This document shows, piece by piece, positions 48,892-59,338 of a stretch of 64,000 bases of DNA (its first letter is position 1; each line of letters opens with the position of its first letter). The notes beneath the pieces were generated by a model. That model was not told where the DNA came from. It did not search any database and saw only the letters and a program-made list of their open reading frames with translations. This DNA comes from Salisapilia sapeloensis CBS 127946 (Eukaryota > Protista > Oomycota). The position numbers and the translations under genes are program-made. The stretch is taken from assembly GCA_023334545.1 (NCBI GenBank), contig JAADVB010000014.1:62001-126000 (forward strand). The letters are read 5' to 3'.

Positions 48892-50526
48892 TCAAGGTAG
48901 TGTCGCGCTACGTTCTGGTAGTTTGAACAGTTGCACCGGTTCCGCTCGATTCGAATTCTTGGTCGGCTCGTACATTCCGAGATGACCTCTTGTCGATGCG
49001 TTTTTGGAGGGAACGAAACCCACGATTTTGCTCGTGTCTTTCGAGCTTTGGAGGTAAAAGTTTGCATTCTCCGTGACTGGCAGGCCTTCTGGGACGCCAC
49101 CGACCACAAATCGAGCGCGCTCATCCATCTTCGTACTGAAACGAAGCATACTCGACATTGTCTGTCGACGTAGCACAGACCCGTCACTTCGGACGAGAGA
49201 GATGCGGTCACCGCCTCGAATGGCGCCGTCACGCGTGTGTCCGATGATCTTGAGCATCCAGTTCGCTTCTCGGGTGTTCGAAACGCGATGGCAGCGAACA
49301 GACTTAGACAGGATCTTGGCCTGCCGCTTCGTCCGGTTGGACACTTGCATCACCATCCCGGCGTTCGTGGTAAAAGCTAGCTGTAGCAGCTGACCGTTCT
49401 GCAGCACCGGTTCTTCCGTGACACCATCGACGTCAAGTGCATCACCGAGACTTAGCTTTTCGTCCTTATCTTCATCCAAATCGTCATTGTCTCCTTCCAA
49501 AAGGAAGTCGAACCCTGGGACGGACCAGTTGCGACGATGCGTACGGTTCGTTTGCGGCGCCATTTGCTCCCATGGCGACGTATTTAACCGACGACGATTC
49601 CGCTTTTTCTTAGACGATGGCGGATCCTCCGTAACGCACCCTCTTGACGAGCGAAGCGTCGTGGGTGCATCGAGGTACTGCGCGAACTTTGTCAGTCCAT
49701 TCTGCTCTCGCCATTTTTCCATGTCCATTCCATTTTCCGATTCGATGCCGAGCATGGACGACATGGTCGACGCACTAGTCGAGTTGTCATCAATCCCATC
49801 GCTTTCCGATCCGAAGGACCGTGCTTCGAATGAGACCATGGAAGACGTGGGTGAAGACACTGGACTGATGCCTGTGAGCGTGTCGTTGGCAGTCGTGACG
49901 GTCGTATCACGAAGATCCATGACAATATCGTCCTTTTCGCTGATGTGCGTGTCGGACAGTTGGGATCGAGAGAATACACCTTCGGCATCGCCGATCGTGC
50001 TGCGGTGTAACGGATTGTCGTCCTCCTTGTCGGACGCCATCAACGAGTCGGTCGAGTCGAGACGATAGAAGCCTTGTTGAGATAAAGTCCGGAGCTTGGG
50101 ACTGCCACTGCCATTCGAACTGATGCTTACCTCTGGCTTGTCTTCAAGCTCAGACTCTGGCATGGTCATAGATGATTCCAAAAATCGCCGTGTGAGTCTT
50201 GAAAAAGGTTTTTTGTTTCCGTGTTTTGGTCCGACTGAGGTGACCACGTTCGCGGAAATCGAGTATCGTTGGCCGGCATCGGTGCTAGCATCTTCTTCCG
50301 AGCTAGCAGAGACGTGGAGGCCAGGATCACTGGCGTAGTGCTTGGCGTATTCGTCGCCGACGATATTCGCCTTTTCATTTCGAGACTCGAGTCGCATCGC
50401 TTGCATAAGCGAAGCCTCGGAGCTACAGGAGATGGTTTGTCGACGTTCCAAAGTGCGTTTCTGACGGATGGATCCGGTCGACGAGCTGCGTGTGAGTGCG
50501 ACGGCTCGAGTGGTTTCTATGCCCAT
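48892..50526 (-). CDS. Hypothetical 544 aa protein; Ser/acidic disordered N-terminal two-thirds, beta-rich C-terminal domain
   Basis: Uninterrupted ORF from ATG 50526. No family recognised. Confidence 0.7.
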   Translation of the reverse strand: MGIETTRAVALTRSSSTGSIRQKRTLERRQTISCSSEASLMQAMRLESRNEKANIVGDEYAKHYASDPGLHVSASSEEDASTDAGQRYSISANVVTSVGPKHGNKKPFSRLTRRFLESSMTMPESELEDKPEVSISSNGSGSPKLRTLSQQGFYRLDSTDSLMASDKEDDNPLHRSTIGDAEGVFSRSQLSDTHISEKDDIVMDLRDTTVTTANDTLTGISPVSSPTSSMVSFEARSFGSESDGIDDNSTSASTMSSMLGIESENGMDMEKWREQNGLTKFAQYLDAPTTLRSSRGCVTEDPPSSKKKRNRRRLNTSPWEQMAPQTNRTHRRNWSVPGFDFLLEGDNDDLDEDKDEKLSLGDALDVDGVTEEPVLQNGQLLQLAFTTNAGMVMQVSNRTKRQAKILSKSVRCHRVSNTREANWMLKIIGHTRDGAIRGGDRISLVRSDGSVLRRQTMSSMLRFSTKMDERARFVVGGVPEGLPVTENANFYLQSSKDTSKIVGFVPSKNASTRGHLGMYEPTKNSNRAEPVQLFKLPERSATLP

Positions 50527-51683
50527 GTTGCCGCTGCCGGTGGCTATGTACTTGCGCTAGCGTTCGAATTCACGGACTGAAGTCACGATAGTACCACGCT
50601 CTGCGTTCCTACTCGCACAAACTCAAGTGATGGAAGAGTGGGTAAGCGGAGCGAGGTTTCGGTGGAAGCGAGCGGAAGAAAATTGTATGCGAGTGGAAAC
50701 AGCAGCCACGCAAGCAAACCAATGTCTTCCTTCCCTGGACCTAGCAAGTGTCCTATGTTTCGACTCGAATGGTTTCGTCGAGAAATTTGTATCACGTGCC
50801 AAGTCAAGCCAGAGGGAGGTTGGAAGGCGTGCGCAACGCGGGTCAGGGCACCTATTCGCAGATTCGATCTGGGTGCTGCAGCAGGCTCCTCGCTATCTTG
50901 TTTCTGGTCTGGAAGAACGAAAATGGAGACATGATCGGATGGGAGAGGAGGACGTTGACGAGTACATCGAAAAGAGCAAGCGACGAAGAAAAACGAAGGA
51001 GGAGATATAACTGCCGACGAAGCCATGTCGATTGAACTTGACACGGCGGACTATTGGGGTTGTGGATCGTACGTCAAATCTATGATAAATTTTACAAGTG
51101 ATAGAGCATGGTCGGAAGGCGAAACGTCGTGCAACCCTTGGCAAGGAAGTTACGGTCGGAGGGAGGATGTGCTCGTACGACGCACGTAGCAAACTAGAGC
51201 ATGCGCCTTGTAACTGATGGTACGAAGTGCTGGGTGCAAGTGGGTACTTGGCTAAGCGTTGAAGAGAAATCCGAGGTGGGACCACACGCAAGAATATCCA
51301 CTTTCGGTACGAGATGTGCAAGTCGCCGGTTCCGACGGCACAGTATCTTTGAACAAATTTTGCATCAGAGGCAAAAGGTCGTCATGGACACTGTCGGCAT
51401 GTCATGTCCAACGATTGTACGTCAATTCGTTGAAGCGATACGTGGGAGCTGCCAGCTTGACGCAGCCATCACCACGATTGTCTCGATCATAGTGGCTACC
51501 TCGACTCGTTCTGTCGTACTGGATAATACGATCCGTACAAACAGCCTATACTAATCGACGAAATGTTTGCACATTTAAAAACAAGAGAAAAATGGTCACG
51601 CGATCGTGTTTTCATCCTACTCTAGTCGAATGCAGTAGGCTATATTCTCTTCACTCGACACAGACTTTCGCATTGACTCGTGC

Positions 51684-52043
51684 TTATTCGCTGAGCTTGC
51701 CCAGGATGTCATCGTCACGGAAGAGGTGGAAGTCCTGTCCTTCGAGCTTGACGACGCTGCCGCCGTACTCTGGCAGCAAGACCTTGTCACCGACGGCGCT
51801 CTGAGGAGCGATGAGGGATCCTTCCGTCGATCGGAGGCCAGGTCCGACGGCCACGACTTCACCTTCGTTGCCCTGCTTTTCCGACTCGGGCAAGTAGATG
51901 CCACCAGCGGTCTTGGCGACGGCCTCGACCTTTTTCACCAAGACACGGTTGCCAAAGGGAACTAGCTTACGGAGTGCAGAGGTCTATATCACACATATAC
52001 GTTAGATGTGGCGAGGTAGAACGAGACGGAGGATGCTCACCAT
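51684..52043 (-). CDS. HSP10: Mitochondrial 10 kDa chaperonin (HSP10/Cpn10); exon 1 is only the ATG
   Basis: ATG|GTGAGC..ATATAG|ACC gives MTSALRKLVPFGNRVLVKKVEAVAKTAGGIYLPES..GEVVAVGPG..VGDKVLLPEYGG..LFRDDDILGKL. Confidence 0.96.
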
Positions 52044-52220
52044 GTTCACTTGCTGTTAGATTGATTTGTCCTGCAAACGATCTATGGCGGCAAATTAAGT
52101 AACAAAAGCCTCGGTCGCTTCTTGTCATTAAAATATAGCACTCGTCCGAAGAGATATATGCGATGCGTACCATCTTTGTACCGACCAGCTATCGAACATG
52201 CACCAGCAAAGTTCGAGAAC

Positions 52221-53334
52221 ATGTCGGTACCGAGTAAGATCGACGGCGCGAAGCCGAAGAAGGTGTACATGCACTATGAGGAAGGTGCGGAGGAGAACCA
52301 CTTGACGCTCAAGATGACCTTGCCGTCCAAGTGGGCTGGTCACAGCGTTGACTACCTTCGAGATGTACGTCCTTTGGTAAGATACGTTCCGACAGTCGGA
52401 TGCCTGACACTTGTGTTCATAGTTCTTCGTCGAGCATTACAATGGCAAGAAGGCAGACAATCAGTTGACGCCAGCAGAGTATCATTTAGAGAAGAAGGGC
52501 AATCGTATGCTCTTTGGAGACGAGCTGCTGCACACTGCCGTCGAAAAGTACGATGACTTGTTCCTCAAGCAAGGTATGTGCTATCCTCCTCTTCCATTCG
52601 TCCAGTAGCTCATGCAATTCCCATAGGTGAATCTCCTCAGCAGCCGACGGAAGAAGAAGGTAGCAAAACTACTTTCCTGTCATCAGATACAATGCTAAAC
52701 CTCATGTGTAGCTAGCAAGCCGGAGGTGGAGGAAGCTGGACTTATTCGTTGTCGCAACCACGGATGCCAGCAAAAGTTCCGGGAGGAGGAGAACCACGAC
52801 GAGGCGTGCCACCACCACGTCCAGCCGCCTCTCTTCCACGACATGAAGAAAGGATGGCAGTGCTGCCCGAATAAGATGGTGTACGACTGGGACGAGTTCG
52901 AGCAGATCCCGACATGCACTGTCGGACGGCACTCGGCCGAAGAGCCGACGACGCTCTTCGCTAAGTCGCCCACCGTCCTCGCAGCGGAGGAGGCGAAGAA
53001 CGCTCCGGAGCAGCCAGCGCCGACGCTCAAGTCCATCGACACATACAACGCCGCCAACCCGGACGCTGTTACAGCAGTCTCGAGCGCGTCGACGGCCAAG
53101 CCCAAGGCGAAGCGGACGGACGGCAAGGCCCAGTGCATCAATTTTGGCTGCCAGCAAGAGTACGTCGTGGCGGAGAACACTGACACGAGCTGCGTCCACC
53201 ACACCGGTCCACCCGTTTTCCACGACGCTGGCAAGTACTGGACGTGCTGCCCGAACAAGGTCAAGTACGACTTCGAAGAGTTCCTCCAGATCCCTGGGTG
53301 TGCCACGTCTGCGCATACGGACGCCAAGGAATAG
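52221..53334 (+). CDS. CHORD-domain protein: N-terminal ~100 aa domain + two CHORD zinc-binding domains, no CS domain; multi-exon
   Basis: CHORD-I CRNHGCQQKF..CHHHVQPPLFHDMKKGWQCC..IPTCTVGRH; CHORD-II CINFGCQQEY..CVHHTGPPVFHDAGKYWTCC..IPGCATSAH. 5' exons start MSVPSKIDGAKPKKVYMHYEEG. Confidence 0.9.
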
Positions 53335-53382
53335 AATTCAAAAAGAGTTTCTATTGAAAATACAAGAGCCTACGAGAGAAAA

Positions 53383-53946
53383 TCACATGATCGTGCATTG
53401 CTTCTTGCTGCCGAGACCCTTGGGCTGATACTTTTCCAAGTATTTGAGCTGACGTAGGTTGATGGCTCCTCGTCGGTACTTGCGGATATGCTCCACGGCG
53501 TTGATCGGGTCTAGACCGTACTCGATGAGTGCAATCGCCACGAGTACTGGTGCTCTGGAGGAAGGTTTAGTATACAGAGGGGGGTTGATGTAGAGATAGA
53601 CGTACCTGCCGAGACCAGCGACGCAGTGTACGGCTATACTCTTGTTGTCCCTGTTATTGGGCGTATTGTCCTTGAAGGTGCTGGTGACGAGAGAGAGCCA
53701 CTGGTCGAGGATCTCAGATCCAGGCGGATCTCCGTCCGGGAACTCGAGCTCATGGACTTGAATGCCAGCAGCTTCGACACTGGCTCGATTGTACGTGACT
53801 TCACAGGCGCGTACGAGGTGCGTGACGTTGTGCTTTTTCAACTCCTTGAGGTACAAGTGGAGATTACTGTCCGTGGGTGCATCCATGATGACAAAGGATA
53901 GGTGCTCCCATACGACGAGCGTGGGTTTATTAGAAGGTGCGATCAT
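53383..53946 (-). CDS. PTP4A: PRL/PTP4A prenylated protein tyrosine phosphatase; intron 53555-53605
   Basis: FVIMDAPTDSNL, LVRACEVTY, FPDG, IAVHCVAGLGR|APVLVAIALIE, RRGAIN..QL.YLEKY, C-terminal CaaX CTIM. Confidence 0.95.
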   Translation of the reverse strand: MIAPSNKPTLVVWEHLSFVIMDAPTDSNLHLYLKELKKHNVTHLVRACEVTYNRASVEAAGIQVHELEFPDGDPPGSEILDQWLSLVTSTFKDNTPNNRDNKSIAVHCVAGLGRYVYLYINPPLYTKPSSRAPVLVAIALIEYGLDPINAVEHIRKYRRGAINLRQLKYLEKYQPKGLGSKKQCTIM

Positions 53947-54444
53947 TTTTAAAGTAGAAAGTAGTAGAATAGGCGCGGTAAATTGGCAGTGAGTGCTTTA
54001 TCCCATTCGGGGTTGACACAGATCGAGAGAGGTGACGACCGACGCACGTTGCCACTCCCAGAGCCTGTGGACGCGTCGACGCCAGGCGTTGGAGAAAGAG
54101 TGGTAGGAAGACGTCGTGCTGATGACGAAGTCCAGGATCCGCGAAAGGGCCGGAGAGAGAGAGCGCTCGAGAAACGAGCGACCGAGGGGGTACGAGACGG
54201 ACTTGCACAAGCCGTTCGCCTTCTTTTTATAAATTTCTTCTGACCTGCCGCGATTCGACTTGCTTTCGCTATTGGCACTGTAGAGTGAAGGCATTTGGCA
54301 CCACCAATCGCAAGGGGCCTGATGGGGGAAGCGTCTCGTATGACATATTCGGCATGGTACACGTACGGTATACGCCACGGGCCAAATGGTGCCAGCACAG
54401 AGATTCAGTTTCGAGTCAAGCGATACGTACTGGGCTGCTTGTGT

Positions 54445-54459
54445 CCATTTCCAATCTGC
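54445..54459 (+). promoter_or_regulatory. Probable Inr+FPR-like core promoter of the TKL kinase-like gene
   Basis: CCATTTCCAATCTGC, a near match to the oomycete YCATTYBNNNWTTY element, 10 nt upstream of ATG 54469. Confidence 0.4.
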
Positions 54460-54468
54460 ATCGGGATC

Positions 54469-55783
54469 ATGGGCTCTTGCTTGACAAAGTACACGCCGGA
54501 ACAGGATATGGGTAAGGAGCTCGAGTACGAGCTCAATGCAACCAGTCGGAAGCAGAGACAGGACAATGCCACGACGTTCGGCAGCACCTCGCTCTTGGCA
54601 GTACGTCTTGTTTTCTCGAGCTGGATCAGATTTACACATATATTGACTGTGGTATTAGGCAGATGAAGTGGTTTGCCATGAAGAGATTGGCAATGGACCG
54701 TTCGGACCGGTCTTTAAGGGCACGTATCGAGGCAGTGATGTCGCAGTAAAAAAGATGAAGATTAGCCGACCAGATAGAGGTCAAGGTCAGGGCGACATGG
54801 AAATGGACCTTAGTCTCCATGTCTCTCGCATGGGCAGGTACATGCTATCTATCCTATGACTTACGAACGCGGCTGACCGATGCTCTAGTCTGCGTCATCC
54901 GAACATTGTTCTCTTCATGGGTGCTTGTCTTCAAGGATCCTACTTTTGCATCGTCAATGAGTACTGCGCCAGACGCTCTCTCTACGACATCATACATGCA
55001 CCTCCGTCATCCTCTTCACCTCCACCGGAGAAGGAAGAATCGTCCGAACCATCTTCCCAGAAGCACCATCGTCGCGTCACGCTCAAGTGGAAAGACCGGA
55101 TCAACCTCGCTCTGTCAGCGGCGAGAGGACTTGTCTTCTTGCACAGCGCAGATGCACCTCTAGTACACGGCCATCTCAAGAGCTCTAACATTCTCGTCAT
55201 TGATCGATCGACTGCTAAAATCGACTACGGTATGCGCAACGTCGCAGAAGCGCTCGGAGCAGTCTATCCAAATGATCATCTGCAAGACCCGTCATCTTAC
55301 GATACACTCCACCGATGGACAGCACCAGAGCTGTGGAGACAAGGAGAAGAAAAGGTTCGACAAGGAATCGTCCCGACCGGCCTCGCCTGTCCTCAAGCAG
55401 CAGACATTTACTCGTTCGGCATCATCATGTACGAATTGCTGACAGAACAGATTCCATTCGCAGAGGTAGAAAACAATCGCGAGTTGAGAAGTCACATTGC
55501 TTCGTGCAACCGACCGGACCTGTCCAAGTATTCGAAGAACTCGAATTGGAAGGAGTTGATGACAAGGTGTTGGGCGCAATCGCCGACGCGTCGTCCGTCG
55601 GCGCAGGAGCTCGTAAGTGTGTTGGAAAGCATTAAAGCAGACGAGTTGGAGAAAAAGAACAAGGGTAAACAGGACGTGAAGGCTGTGAATAGCAACCGAG
55701 CAGATTACATGTACGCAGATCGACCACGGTCCAAGTCGAAACCAAAGTCCAAGTTCACTACCAACGTCCGCATCGCTACATAG
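54469..55783 (+). CDS. TKL-type kinase-like protein (predicted pseudokinase) with N-terminal acylation motif, 3 exons
   Basis: MGSCLTK start; IGNGPFGPVFKGTYRGSDVAVKK; SLRHPNIVLFMGAC; HGHLKSSN; KIDYG; WTAPE; ADIYSFGIIMYELLT; CWAQSPTRRPS. Confidence 0.88.
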
Positions 55784-55868
55784 AGTTTCCTTCCGCCGGT
55801 TGTCGTCCAGTTTTGTCCTTTTGGAAAAAGATAGTTTCGTTCGGGAAAGAATAAAAACAAAAAACGTT

Positions 55869-56771
55869 TTATTGCTCGTATGCTGGGAGGTTCGGGTTGA
55901 TGGCCCGCATCATGATAGAGATGCGTCGAGTCCGATGGACGGGCGTGTCTTGCTTAAACACTTGGTCACCCGGCAGAATCTCGTGCGTGTAATTGTATCG
56001 AACGCGACCTCTGTATCCTAGATTAGTGCGCGTGACAATGGAATTTGATACAAGAGACGTACGTCATCATGTAAAGCGAGCGGCGACTGAGATGCAGATC
56101 TATTTGGTTGTCGGCGTCTTCTTCTCGGAAGCGCATAATGCTAGGAGATAACAGACTCAGACCGGCTACTACCTGCCCAGAGAACTAAGGTATGATAGAA
56201 TTAGACTTTTTGAATAAGAAATTGGTCGCAGTGTGGATACTTTGACGGCATCAACATGAGGCATTATATACCCGTCTGCAGCGAGATCGATGACGTGGTA
56301 CGAGTCCTTGTACTCATACTCGGTCGGAAAAATGGTTGCATCTCGCACTCTCTCCAGTATTTTTCTCGTTTCTACAATTTGTCGTGTTATTGACGCACGA
56401 TACGATTGTTTTCATCTGCATCTACCGTCACTCCATTGATGAGGCATTCGCTCGGTTTCCTTGTACTTGACAATCACCTGATCCCAATGGTCTTTTTGAA
56501 GACGTCGCTTCTTCATGATACGAGTACATTCTTCTGCAATAAATTGCTCTTCTTCCGGAGTGACGACGCCTTCTAATAGTTGCAAGTCGCTCTCTTGCAC
56601 GTGAGGATCATGGCATTGAGAAGCATCCAGCCCCTCAATACTTGCCCATGGCTGGACCAGGCACTTTCTTCCAGGTTCTGACACAGATAGTACGCTATAT
56701 TCTTTGCATCGAGCCATTGAATGCATTGAAAATAGCCTTCTAGGCCGCAGTAGCATCCTCTTGGCGTACAT
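55869..56771 (-). CDS. ALKBH7: AlkB homologue 7 (mitochondrial 2OG-Fe(II) dioxygenase), about 4 exons
   Basis: Presequence-like start; VVTPEEEQFIAEEC..RRLQKDHWDQVIVKYKETER; HVIDLAADGYIMPHVDAVK FSGQVVAGLSLLSPSIMRF; LSRRSLYMM; RYNYTHEIL..RTRRISIMMR. Confidence 0.9.
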
Positions 56772-56877
56772 GATAGCTCGAAAATGGGCTTTTGCGTTTT
56801 CTTGTTACACTCGCGTGAGTTGTACCGTGATGGTACCATATAAACGTATTTTAAATGTATATACAATTTCCAACCAA

Positions 56878-57761
56878 TCAAAAGTATGTGTCTATATCTT
56901 GCGGAGGCGTTATCAGGTGCACATGGATCGATTGTGCCTGGTAGGTCGCGTCTAAGTGCTCGTGCGGTACCTCTTTGATGGTAAAGTGGTTTTGCAGCAA
57001 GATAGCAAAGAACGAAGATCCTCGGTCGCCAGCGAAGCGTGCTTCGTGTGCGGAGATAATGACGGTGTTGGGTTGACTCAAGCTTTGGATGGTAGTCGCA
57101 AGCTGTTTCGACGTTGTTTCATCCCCGTACACCAGATCCGAGCACAGGATAACATCGAATGGTTCCTTGAATTGATCTAGATAATCGCTTTCACCCCACA
57201 TGAGACACTGCGCCTGCATATGTGTATCATGTGCAAACAGCTTGATGTTTTCCTCCACGTTCGCGCGTATCCAAGGCACGGCCTCTTCCTACAGGCATCA
57301 ATGAGCATATTGTCGAGTAATATAAGCTAGAAACGTACGAAGTCCGTGAGGACTACTTGAGCAGCTCCTAATGCACCTGCCGCCATTCCAGGTACGCCGA
57401 TACCACAGCCCAACTCGATAACTCGCTTGCCCTTAAAGTAGTCAAGATTGAAATACTCGACACACGCGAGAAACTTGGCCAACACCAATGCGCAGTCCCA
57501 CACTTTTGCTTGCTGCCCTTGCTTTTCTTTAAATATAAGCTCGACTCCATCATGTAGCTGCAATTTGCCATAACGCACATCGTCCGTATCGTTTCCAGTC
57601 ACGTGGCTCTGTCTTGCCCGTAGTCCCCATGACCGTTCGGTATACTGCTTTAGCAGTTCGTTTGCTTCGGCCTGCTTTCGCTGCTGCTCCTCCGAGTCCT
57701 CAAATAAGTTCTCTGCAGCTATGCGACTGAAAAAGTCTTCCTCATCACTGCTGTCGGACAT
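56878..57761 (-). CDS. METTL21-family (methyltransferase family 16) protein lysine methyltransferase, 2 exons
   Basis: KVWDCALVLAKFL, KGKRVIELGCGIGVPGMAAGALGA..VVLTD, NVEEN, LMWGE, FDVILCSDLVY. Confidence 0.9.
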
Positions 57762-57847
57762 TGGTCTTATGGCGATAGAACGAATATGAAAACGAATACA
57801 TGATGATGGCTGGACGGCATCCATCCGCTAACTTCAAAGGAAGCAGC

Positions 57848-58897
57848 ATGACCGAGACGATCGCTACTTTTGATACGATCGAGACGGCGGACTGTGTCGA
57901 GGCATGTCCCATTGTCAACTACGAATCCACGATGATTGCAGCTACCTATCAGCTCCACAAGGGTCAAGGTGAAGCGTCGGACATTCGTTCCGGTACGCTC
58001 CAGCGGTATGAAGTGGCTTACGACAGCGACGATGCCGTATCGGTGCAACATGCAGAAACGATCAAGACTGAAAGTGGTGTGTTTGATATTAAATGGTGTC
58101 CTACGATGCTATCTGCACGCCCGACGATCGTCGCAGCGACTGCTTCGGGGGCTTTGGAAATGTACAGCTTACAGGATGATCATAAGCTATCGCGAACGTG
58201 CATCACTGTAGCGAAGGAAGATTCGATGTGTCTATCTCTCGACTGGAGTAACCGTGTCGACAAGTCGCTCGATCCGTCAATTAGCGTCAGCCACTCGGAC
58301 GGGTATCTCTCCATGTGGCGCATACAGGATGCAGAGTTACGAGAAGTACGTCGATGGCAAGCACACGAGCTCTTCGGGAGTCCAATCGAGGCCTGGATCA
58401 CAGCCTTTCACTGTCATGATCCGAACATACTGTACTCTGGCGCTGACGACGCCTGCCTGAAAGGCTGGGATGAGCGCATGCCAGACGTGCCGACGTTCCA
58501 GAACCGACGTCAGCACACAATGGGTGTGTGCAGTATCCAATCGCATCCGCATCAAGAGCACACATTGGCGGTTGGTAGCTACGATGAGAGTATAAGTATC
58601 TGGGATACGCGATCCATGAAGACGCCAGTGGCTACAGCGTCGACTGGTGGAGGCGTGTGGCGATTGAAGTGGCATCCACGAAAGCAAGAGCAGTTGCTCG
58701 CTGCGTGCATGCACAACAATTTCCAGATTTTGGATGTCGACAATGAAATGCAAGTGGTGAGTCAACACGACGGCCATGATTCATTGGCATACGGCGTCGA
58801 CTGGTGGCAGCACCCATCCTCCTTAAGCTCTCCTCGACCGGTCGTCGGCAGCGCGTCCTTCTACGATCATCGCTTCCAGCTCTGGCGATCTTGTTGA
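57848..58897 (+). CDS. DPH7: Diphthine methyl ester hydrolase DPH7/WDR85 (WD40)
   Basis: FDTIETADCVEACP, TYQL, GVFDIKW, CLSLDWS, WQAHE..EAWITAF, YSGADD..LKGWD, HTMGVCSI, LAVGSYDE, GGGVWRLKWHP, ACMHNNF, HDSLAYGVDW, SASFYDH. Confidence 0.92.
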   Translation: MTETIATFDTIETADCVEACPIVNYESTMIAATYQLHKGQGEASDIRSGTLQRYEVAYDSDDAVSVQHAETIKTESGVFDIKWCPTMLSARPTIVAATASGALEMYSLQDDHKLSRTCITVAKEDSMCLSLDWSNRVDKSLDPSISVSHSDGYLSMWRIQDAELREVRRWQAHELFGSPIEAWITAFHCHDPNILYSGADDACLKGWDERMPDVPTFQNRRQHTMGVCSIQSHPHQEHTLAVGSYDESISIWDTRSMKTPVATASTGGGVWRLKWHPRKQEQLLAACMHNNFQILDVDNEMQVVSQHDGHDSLAYGVDWWQHPSSLSSPRPVVGSASFYDHRFQLWRSC

Positions 58898-59338
58898 ACT
58901 TGCGTCGCCCCGTCCCTTCTTTCTTTCCAGTAGCTTTCATTTCCTAAAAATAGTACAGAGCGTAAAGAGGCCATGGCGATTGCAGTGCACGCGAGAAAGC
59001 TCAAGTCGCTGACTGGATGGCCGGTCGGTCCACTCTTACTAGTCCCGCTGACCTTGTCATCCTTCGTGTTCCTCCGCCAGCCATCTCGACGACGCTTTCA
59101 GCCAAGAAAGTTGCATGTTGCGTTGGAGGAAGAGCACGGCCGTAAACCGTGGAGAGGAACTCGTTGAAGTAGGAAGAAAGGACATCGTAAGAGGCAAATA
59201 TATAGAGTAAAATTTAGCCACTCCGATCCTCGTGGACGTCACCTGACCAGGTCGAAGCCCGAACCACCAAAATTCCGTCCAATCACTTGCCGTCGGTTTC
59301 GCATTTTCTCCTGGCGGATAATAAAGTCGAATAGCAAG

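Noticed and set aside
50583-51554. Several 77-153 aa ORFs on both strands
   Set aside because: Overlapping, low-complexity and without motifs; more consistent with UTR or promoter sequence of the flanking minus-strand genes.
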